The position numbers and the translations under genes are program-made. Source: Chrysochromulina tobinii (taxonomy: Eukaryota). From it: DNA of 20,000 nt. The notes under the pieces are model-generated. The model was not told where the DNA came from, ran no database searches, and saw only the letters and a program-made list of their open reading frames with translations. Below, one piece after another: positions 8,259 through 16,243 of this stretch (the first letter of the stretch is position 1; every line of letters starts with the position of its first letter). The stretch is taken from the NCBI GenBank assembly GCA_001275005.1, contig JWZX01003263.1:46080-66079 (forward strand). Direction: 5' to 3'.

Positions 8259-11200
8259 ATGAAGCGCATCCTCTGTGCGCTCGTCTGTGCGCTCGTGCTC
8301 GCGCTGCTGCAGCTCGGACCGCTGCAGCAGCGTATCTTGCTGGACGCCCGAGCTGCGTCAGATACGCTGCAGCAAGCTAACCTCTGCCGATTAGAGTGCA
8401 CGGTTGGCGGCGGGGCCGAGCCGGGATTCCTCGACGAAGGACCTTTGGTCGTGCCGCTGCCGCCTGGCGCGACGCTGCATCTGGCTGGCCGTCCCGGCCG
8501 AGGATGCGCCGTGGCGCCCAAGAGCATGCTGCAGCTGCCCCATGGCATCGGTCGGCTCCCTCGCATCCATTCCGCCTTTGGTGATCTTCGTCTGGTGCCG
8601 CATGGAGCACTGCTGCGATCGCCGCTGCCAACTGCAGATCGCCGCAACGACAGCCGATGCGTCGAGCCGTTTAACGAGCCTTCCGCTCACGAGCATGCAT
8701 CCATGGCCTCGACACGATGGCTCGCGTCGCGCTTGCACGCGCGCTGCATGCTCCCGCCAGGTACCTTGTTGGCCGACCTCTCCCCTGATTGCCTCTGATT
8801 GCCTCTGATGAACTCTGATGAACTCTGATTGCCTCCCACATCAGGTACCTTGTTGGCCGACCTCTCCTCTGATTGCCTCTGATTGCCTCTGATGACCTCT
8901 GATGACCTCTGATTGCCTCCCTCATCTTTCCCTCATCAGGTACCTTGTTGGCCATGTCGTCGGCCGCCGCCGCCGATGGCGCGCCACCGAGCTCAGAGGC
9001 CCATCACACGTCGTCGCGTGCCAGCGCAACGGACGAGGGATCTTGCGTGTCGGCGCCGCTGCGCCAAGCCTGGCTCCGTCCGTCTGCCTCTTTACAGCTT
9101 CGCTCTTCACAGCTCCATCCGTCTCCCTCGGCGCACGCGGGTCGCCAGTGGGTCGCTAGCGGCCACGACCCTCTAGGGATGACACGTACCGCGGCGGCAG
9201 CGGATGAGGAGGCAGCGAGCAACGCGGCGCTCAATGCATCGCTGGGTGCGGATGTAGGCGGCGCGGCGGCGCTCGAGGTGCCCACGACGGCGCTCGTGGT
9301 CTCCGTGCTCCTGCAACTGCCCACGACGGCGCTGCCAGACGAAACCACCCTCGCCACGCTCCGCCACCTCATCGCCCAGCTGAGTTGGTCCGCGAGCGCC
9401 GTCCCGGGCACGAGCGCCGTCCCGGGCACGAGCGCCGTACCGGGCGCGAGCGCCGTACCGGGCGCGAGCGCTTTACGGGCGCACCTCGAGGCAAGCGCTG
9501 GGCAGCCTAGCGCTGGGCAGCCTAGCGGCCTTGCTGCACGACCAAAAGGCGCGCGTGCCGCCGACGTGGCAGCTGCTGCTGCTCAGCGCCCGCCCGCTCT
9601 GTTCCGAACCTCCAGAGCTCGTCGATCTCCTCCGGCAGCTGCCCGACGGTGGTGCACTTGGCACCGGCGCGGGAGCGGGAGCCGAGCGCCGTACCGGGCG
9701 CGAGCGCCGTCACGGTCGCGACTGGCGACCTGGACGAGAGCGCCGTCTCGGGCGCGGATCAGAGCGTCGTCTCGGGCGCGAGCGAGGCGGCGGGCAAGCG
9801 CGCGCCGGTGCTGCTAGGCGCTCGGCCAATGCCGGCGCAGGACACGATGGCGCCCGTCACGGCGCCCCTTGAGGCTCCCCCCACGCCGCTGAGTGCGGAG
9901 GTGCGGCGCGTTTGGGACCTCTCCCCTGATTGCCTCTGATTGCCTCTGATGACCTCTGATTGCCTCCCTCATCAGGTGCGGCGCGTTTGGGACCTGCTGG
10001 CTCCTGCAACAGCGACACGCGTGCTCGCGGACTCGAGATCGCATCTGGCCGCTGGGGCACTGGCCGCGCGACTCTCGCTCCTTCACAAGAGCCCTCAGTG
10101 CGACGTGCTGTTCACACCGGCGGGCGCCACGGTCGCTGTGGACGGCGTCATGGCTGCTGGTGAGTTGCATGCAAGTGCTCACCACGGCGTCATGGCTGCT
10201 GGTGGCGGTGGTGCACGCGTCGGCGGCGCTGGTGGCGCCAAAGGCTCTGGCGAAACGCCCAAGGCGGTGCCCGACGCCACCGCCGCCACCAGCACTGCCT
10301 CCGCCGCCGCCGCCGCCACCGCCGCCGTGACTGGGGAGTCTATCGGTGGCAATCTCGGTGGCAATCTCGGTGGCAATCTCGATGGCAATCTCGGTGGCAA
10401 TCCCGGGGATGATGCCTCGTTGTCATCCAGTGCAGCGTCCTCCACCTCCTTTGATCCCACCTCCTCCTCCTCCTCCTCCTCCACCGCCGCCGCCGCAACG
10501 GAGATCGCCGCCGAGATGGCCGCCGAGATGGCCACGTACAGATCCGCCGTCGAGCCACTTCGCGCGTGGCACTTCTTCGCGCTCGCGCCAAATATGGCAA
10601 CCGACCACTCGACAGCCTACAGCCACGCCCCGCCGGCGCCGGCGGCCGCGGCGACGATGCCCCTCCCGTGGCTTCAACGAGCTGCGGTCGAGTCCGCCAG
10701 CGTGCCGCGTGGTGCCTGGCCCGTGTGGCGACCGTTGAGGCTGCCTGCCGCATGCCGCTCAGCCGGAGGGCCCTCGGCGGAAGCGCTCGGTACGGCGCTC
10801 GAGGCGGCGGCGGCCTTGGACGTCCAGCACGGCGCTTCCACAGATGCCGAGGGTGCGCCCAGCACGGCGCACAGAGCGTGGCAAGCGGACTACGCGGCCG
10901 CGGCGGTCGAGTTGGACTACTGGCTACGCTGCTTGCATGCGGGCGCCTCCATCTGCCATGTTGTGCCGGCCATCGACCCAAATATGGAGGGCGAGAGCGA
11001 TGAGCATGCAAGTGCTCACCACGGCGCGGCGCTCGGCCCAAATATGGAGGGCGAGAGCGATGAGCATGCACATGAGTATGCACCGGCCGCGCTGCACGGC
11101 GCGGCGCTCGGCGAGCTGCTGGCCCGGCATCGCCGCCCGTCGGCACTTCGCATCTTGGTGGTCAACGAGCAGGTGCCTTTGCATGCATGTTGATTAGCTT

Positions 11201-13161
11201 CGCATCTTGATGGTCAACGAGCAGGTGCCTTTGCATGCATGTTGATTAGCTTCGCATCTTGATGGTCAACGAGCAGAGGTGCCCGGGGCCGCGGAGGGAG
11301 GTCATCAAGCTGCATGCAAGTGCTCACCACGGCGCCCCTCACCCCCTTCATCAGGTGCCCGGGGTCACGGAGGGAGGCGATCTGCGGGCCGCGCAGCTCG
11401 TCAGCGAGATCGCGGCCGAGGGGCACGCGGTCACGTACGTGTCCCTGACGCCGGCGCGTCGGCCGGAGGATATCTCGGCGTTGCGAGATGCGGGCTGGCG
11501 CGCGTTCGCGCCCTCGTGTGCGGACTCTCGCGCCGCGTGGTGCGACGAGTGCGGCCAGGTGCAGAGTCGCCCGTTTGTGAGTTGCATGCAGGTGCTCACC
11601 ACGGCGTCCCACCCCCCTCATCAGGTGCAGAGTCGCCAGTTTGTGAGTTGCCGCGTGCAGTCAGCCTCGCGGCTGGCGCACCGCGTGGCCGTGATCGATG
11701 ACGACGCTCATCTGGACGCTCTGAGCAGCGCTCGGCACGACGCTCTGGGCAGCGCTTCCAGTGCGGTGGCAGCCGAGGCAGACGTGGTGCTTCTCATCGC
11801 ATGGTTCTGGCGCTGCGGCGCTCACCACGGCGCGGCGGAGCTGGCGATGCAGCGGCTGAGTCAGCAGCCGCTGGTGCGGCATTCGCGCGTCGTCGTCGTG
11901 AGCGACGACGTTCACTGGGTGCGTGACGCGTCCGCCCCTTTCTGTAACGACTCTGCGGCCATCCGGGTGCGCGAGCTCTGATGACCTCTGATGACCTCTG
12001 ATGACCTCTGATGACCTCTGATTGCATGCCTCATCAGGTGCGCGAGCTCGCTCTCTACTCGAGCCTCTGATGGCCTCTGATGACCTCTGATGACCTCTGA
12101 TTGCATGCCTCATCAGGTGCGCGAGCTCGCTCTCTACTCGAGCGCCGCTCTCACCCTGACTATCACCGATGAGGACCGCGCAAAGCTGAGCGGCCAGCGG
12201 CCCGGACTCCCTCTCCGCACACTCCCGTTTGCGGCGACGACACCAACGGCAACCGCGCTCGCCGCTGGCTGGGCACAACGGCGCGGCGTCCTCTTTGTCG
12301 GATCGTACCACCGGAGTGGCAACACGCGCGCACTCCGGTGGTTGCTGCGCCGCGTGTGGCCAAAGGTTCGTCAGGCGGTCCCGTCGGCGAGATTGCATCT
12401 CGTCGGCGCTCACGAGTGGCGCACGGAGGTGTGCGAGCTCTGATGACCTCTGATGATCCCTGATGACCTCTGATGACCTCGGATGGCCTCTGATGGCCTC
12501 TGATGAGTATCTGATGAGGACCGCGCGGAGGTGCGCGAGCTCACTGATGGCCATTGATGGCCACTGACTACCTCTGATTGAAATCAATTGCCACCGAGGA
12601 CCATTGATGGCCTCTGATGACCGCTGGTTGGCTCGGATGACCATTGATCGGCTTGGATGACCATTGATTGGCTTGGATGACCGCTGTGATTGGCTTGGAT
12701 GACCGCTGGTTGGCTTGGATGACTGATGGGCTTGGATGACCGTTGATTCGCTCTGAGTGCAGGTGCGCGAGTCACGTGCCGAGGGCGTCGAGTCGCTCGG
12801 TCAAGTGGAGGATTTGAGTCCAGCGATGCTCGAGGCTCGTGTGCTCGCGGCACCGGTGCTTGTGCATTCAGGCCTCGCGACCGAATGCATGCTAGCCTTG
12901 GGCCATGCGGTGCCGCTCGTGACGACGCCGGTGGGCGCTCGCGGGCTACTGACGGCACGCTCGCCCAGCGCGATCGCGATCGCGCGCACAAGCGACGAGT
13001 TTGCGGCGGCGCTAGTCTCGCTGCTGCTTGACCGAAGCGCGTGGGACGCGCAGCGCGCGCGCAGCGTTCACCATGCGGCTGCATATCTCGGCGCGCCCAG
13101 GCTGCATCGGCAGCTTCGCCGCGCCCTCAGCGAGATGCGAGGCGAGTTGGGCTTGGAGTGA
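8259..13161 (+). CDS. Membrane-anchored glycosyltransferase with a C-terminal GT-B / GT4 (Glyco_trans_1_4-like) domain, multi-exon
   Basis: N-terminal anchor MKRILCALVCALVLALLQL. Introns 8761-8939, 9901-9975, 11173-11354, 11559-11624, 11967-12116 and 12429-12762 all splice in frame. GT4-like motifs: LRILVVNEQ|VPGVTEGGDLR..GHAVTY, SDDVHWVR, VLFVGSYHRSGNTRALRWLLRRVWP, LGQVEDL, PLVTTPVGARGL, DEFAAAL. The reading frame between ~9490 and 9690 is unresolved. Confidence 0.8.
8761..8939 (+). mobile_element. Two stacked introner-like units (8761-8844, 8845-8939), each starting with a duplicate of the exon start
   Basis: CAGGTACCTTGTTGGCC occurs at 8758, 8842 and 8937; each unit is CTGAT[T/G].. decamers followed by CATCAG. 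Confidence 0.8.
9387..9470 (+). repeat. 18-nt coding tandem repeat (SAVPG[T/A])
   Basis: GCGAGCGCCGT[C/A]CCGGGC units, about 4.5 copies; related copies at ~9683-9785. Confidence 0.8.
9901..9975 (+). mobile_element. Introner-like intron (75 nt) with a perfect 20-nt exon duplication
   Basis: GTGCGGCGCGTTTGGGACCT at 9901-9920 and 9976-9995; decamer filler; TGCCTCCCTCATCAG end. Confidence 0.88.
10345..10403 (+). repeat. 12-nt tandem repeat GGTGGCAATCTC (GGNL x ~5), in frame in an exon
   Basis: Seen directly; same AATCTCGG core as the intronic repeats at 4555-4760. Confidence 0.8.
11173..11354 (+). other. Composite intron (182 nt): 52-nt tandem repeats plus an introner-like unit at 11279-11354
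   Basis: 52-nt period at 11146/11198/11250; 11279-11301 matches exon start 11355-11377 (21/23); filler TGCATGCAAGTGCTCACCACGGCG; ends CTTCATCAG. Confidence 0.8.
11559..11624 (+). mobile_element. Introner-like intron (66 nt, in frame, stop-free) with a 27-nt exon duplication
   Basis: 11559-11585 vs 11625-11651 (26/27); filler ATGCAGGTGCTCACCACGGCG; ends CCCCTCATCAG. Confidence 0.8.
11967..12116 (+). mobile_element. Two stacked introner-like units (11967-12037, 12038-12116) with 12-nt and 27-nt exon duplications
   Basis: GTGCGCGAGCTC at 11967, 12038 and 12117; 12038-12064 = 12117-12143; both units are (CTGATGACCT)n + GATTGCATGCCTCATCAG. Confidence 0.88.
12429..12762 (+). other. Long degenerate decamer-repeat intron (334 nt)
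   Basis: GAG|GTGTGCGAG donor resembles the exon start GTGCGCGAG; an internal second copy lies at ~12531; GAGTGCAG acceptor; joins EWRTE|VRESRAEG. Confidence 0.8.
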
Positions 13162-13940
13162 CCAAGGGCAGCTAGAGAACGCCTATACTATTTAGGGACC
13201 CAACAATAAGGTGGGTCGCGATTAAGGATTTAAGGTTGCGTGACTGTTGCGATCTGTGGGCGCATCTCGTCTGGCGAGCGTTTACTCTATTTATACAGCT
13301 CGGTCCTCGGCATGGTCCTCGGACGTGGGTTGTGCGTCGTGGCGTTTTTCGTGTCTGAAGGATCGATATCTCTGCGTTGCTTACTGCGTTGCTTACCGTA
13401 CGCGACCGCAGCGCGGCCGCGGGCTTTTTCTTTCGTGCAGGTCATCTCGGCGAGCGTGACGCGGCGCCGACTGGCCTTGAGCACGTGAAAAGGCGTCCTT
13501 GTAGCACACGGTCGATGTGCGTGACAAAGCCAGCCCTCAGGTGCGTCACCGAGTGCTGCACGCACCTGCTTGGCGATGCGAGTTTGCAGCCAGCCTCCAG
13601 CGCTGTTGTGCGCAATTGCGCGCCATCTTGCTTCTTGGTCAGATGGACCGGGCGGGCGGGCTGGTACGCGTGCAGGCGGTGCGCAGACTACGCCGGCACC
13701 CGCGGGCGGCCGTCGTGCCGTGGGCCGTGGCTTAGGGCGCCAGCCGCCGTCACAGCGCGAGTCCGGGCTTGGCGAACGGCTCGGACGTCGGAGGGTGACT
13801 CGGAGGGCGCGGGTGTCTGGAAGAAGGCCAGCATGGCGAGCAATTTTCTATCAGGTTCGATAGCTTCCACATTAGGAAATAACGTCACTGAACTCAAAGC
13901 ATCGATCCACACATGTTCACAGTGCTCTCACAATCATTTT

Positions 13941-16076
13941 CTACAATACCAACACAAATCCACTCCGGCCCTTCACCGCATCTCGCACCGCTTTTTTTCC
14001 TGCTTTTCCTATGTCGTTGTACTCGAGGTCGAGCTTGGTCAGGACCGCGTTGACCTTCAGAGCCTTCGCAAACGCCTTGGCTCCCTTGTCCCCGATGTTG
14101 TCGCATCCGACCATGGGGTTGTCGTTGCCGTTGCGTCCGAGGGAGAGGGTGGTCACCACCGCGTTGACCTTCAGCGCCTCCGCGATCGCTATGGCACCAT
14201 CATCGCTGATAGAGTTGACCTGCAGGTTCACCGAGGTCAACACCGCGTTGACCTTGAGCGCCTCCGCAATCGCCTTGGCACCCTCATCCCCGATCTTGTT
14301 GCTGATCAGGCCCACGGTGGTCAGGACAGCGTTGACCTTCAGCACCTCCGAGATCGCGATGGCTCCCTCGTCCCCGATGTAGTTCTGGTACAGGAGCAGG
14401 GTGGTCACCACCGCGTTGACCTTCAGCGCCTCCGCGATCGCCTTGGCACCCTCCGCACGGATCTTGTTCTCGTCCAGGCGCAGGGTGGTCAAGACCGCGT
14501 TGACCTTCAGAGCCTCTGCGATCGCCTTGGCACCCTCTGGACCGATGTTGTTGTGAATCAAGTCTAGGGTGGTCAGGACCGCGTTGACCTTAAGTGCCTC
14601 TGCTATCGCGATGGCTCCCTTGTCCCCGATGCCGATCGCCTTGGCACCCTCAACCACGATGGAGTTGTACCCGAGGTTGAGGGTGGTCAAGACCGCGTTG
14701 ACCTTCAGCGCCTCCGCGATTGCGATGGCACCCTCATCCCCGATGGAGTTGTACCCGAGGTAGAGGGAGGTCACCACCGCGTTGACCTTAAGCGCTTCCG
14801 CGATCGTGATTGCTCCCTCGTCCCCAAACTGGTTGTGTCCGAGGACGAGGGTGGCCCCCCCCGCGTTGACCTTGAGCGCCTCGCCGAGTGACGATGCGCC
14901 CTCCGGACCGATGTTGTTTCTGGAGAGGTCGAGCGTCCTCAAGGCCACAAAGCGGGGCAGCACCTCGCACAGCTCGACGACGTCGGCGGCGCCCCACTCG
15001 AGCCCTTGGAACTCGAGCTCGCCAACGTTGGTGACCTTGCCGAAGAAGGTCGCGTACAGGTCCGCGACCTTGCTCACGTCGGACGAGTTGGTGAAGCGCT
15101 TCTCCGTCTGCAGCAGGCGCCGGACCGTTTCCGGCGATGGCGGCGGCGGCCGACGCCGCGCGCACACGCGCGCGAGTATGTAGTCGGCTTCATCCCACGG
15201 CATCCCGGGCCCGTAGGCGCACGCCATCGCCAGCACCGTACGCTTGGCGAGGTCGAGGCGCAGGAAGCCGGGCTTGATGGCGGCGCTGATGGCGGCCTCG
15301 ACGTAGCACCAGCCCGAGTCCTCATACGTCTCCGCGAGGGGCGGCTCGCTCGCCCGCATCCGCGCCGCAAACCCCTCGGGCAGCTCGCTCTGCATCCACA
15401 CGACGGTGCGCGCGTGGCCATACCACACATTGGAGTTCTGCAGGCCCTTGGGGAAGAGCTTTGCCTCGGCGTCGGTGCGCGGCGGCTGGTGCAGGCTCGC
15501 ATAATCCCAGAACAGCGCGAACTCGGGGAGGCCGAGCCCGTGCTTCCGGAACGCCGCGGTGAGCTGCGACTTAAGTTTCCCCCCCCTCGGGTCGAGGTAG
15601 AGCTTGGCGACCGACGCCACGATGCCGAGGTGGAAGCCGTCGGGGTCGGGGTGCTCCTTTGTGAGCCACCGGTACGACAGCGCGACGAAGAGCACGCCAA
15701 AGTCGTCGCCCAGCGCCAGCGCGACCCTCCGCAGCTCGCCCGCCGACCAAAAGGCCTCGGGCGGAAGGTCCTGCCGGCGCGAGAGGCGGCCGCCGCGCTT
15801 GTGCAGGCCGACGAGCCAGGTGCCCTTCACCGCCGCGATCGCGCCGCTCTCCACCGATGCGAGCAGCGTCTCAACGTCAAAGTAGGGGTTCGGTGCGGCG
15901 GCGGCGGCGCTCGCGACGCTCGTCTGCGACTGGGCCGTGGGCGGCCCGCCTTGTGTTACTTTTTTCGGAGTTCGACCTCCTCGGAGGACTCGGCGGAGGA
16001 CTCGTCGGAGCACAGCGCGAATCGTGGTGGCCTCTGTCGAGGTGGAGGAGGAGCCTTTCGAGTTGGAGGCGCCCAT
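13941..16076 (-). CDS. HET-like domain + ribonuclease-inhibitor-type LRR protein (NLRC3-like repeats), 711 aa, intronless
   Basis: MGASNSK N-terminus (myristoylation-like); motifs FVALSYRW..EHPDP, LFWDYASLHQ, YEDSGWCYVE; ten 28-aa LKVNA..LxLxxNxIGxEGA repeats. Confidence 0.88.
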   Translation of the reverse strand: MGASNSKGSSSTSTEATTIRAVLRRVLRRVLRGGRTPKKVTQGGPPTAQSQTSVASAAAAAPNPYFDVETLLASVESGAIAAVKGTWLVGLHKRGGRLSRRQDLPPEAFWSAGELRRVALALGDDFGVLFVALSYRWLTKEHPDPDGFHLGIVASVAKLYLDPRGGKLKSQLTAAFRKHGLGLPEFALFWDYASLHQPPRTDAEAKLFPKGLQNSNVWYGHARTVVWMQSELPEGFAARMRASEPPLAETYEDSGWCYVEAAISAAIKPGFLRLDLAKRTVLAMACAYGPGMPWDEADYILARVCARRRPPPPSPETVRRLLQTEKRFTNSSDVSKVADLYATFFGKVTNVGELEFQGLEWGAADVVELCEVLPRFVALRTLDLSRNNIGPEGASSLGEALKVNAGGATLVLGHNQFGDEGAITIAEALKVNAVVTSLYLGYNSIGDEGAIAIAEALKVNAVLTTLNLGYNSIVVEGAKAIGIGDKGAIAIAEALKVNAVLTTLDLIHNNIGPEGAKAIAEALKVNAVLTTLRLDENKIRAEGAKAIAEALKVNAVVTTLLLYQNYIGDEGAIAISEVLKVNAVLTTVGLISNKIGDEGAKAIAEALKVNAVLTSVNLQVNSISDDGAIAIAEALKVNAVVTTLSLGRNGNDNPMVGCDNIGDKGAKAFAKALKVNAVLTKLDLEYNDIGKAGKKAVRDAVKGRSGFVLVL
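14020..14930 (-). repeat. 84-nt coding tandem array (LRR units)
   Basis: GCGTTGACCTT recurs on the + strand with an ~84-nt period (longer at two units with insertions). Confidence 0.9.
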
Positions 16077-16243
16077 GTTGATTTGCCTTTGATGAACTTT
16101 CGTACTAAGTTGAACCTCGATTAATTAACGAAACGTTGGCTTTCTGAACAAAATCTAGCGTTCTAGCTTCTAGGTCCGGGTGAATCCACGACGTCATCTT
16201 CGACGCATGGAACCCCAGTATACCCGCAGACTTCAATCTTCTA

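Noticed and set aside
8758..8953. Repeat-spacer-repeat pattern as a CRISPR array
   Set aside because: The repeats are exon duplicates at splice junctions and the 'spacers' are related decamer arrays.
11661..12644. 327-aa - strand ORF with IRGHQRSSE repeats
   Set aside because: Translation of the antisense decamer filler; not a credible element-encoded protein (no RT, nuclease or transposase motifs).
13240..13910. Possible small gene or exon (TTTCTTTCGTGCAG|GT acceptor at 13440)
   Set aside because: No coherent or recognisable protein in any frame; left unannotated.
13377..14567. 396-aa + strand ORF (also 14011..14382 and 15006..16124)
   Set aside because: Antisense shadows of the LRR gene, expected in GC-rich repetitive coding DNA.
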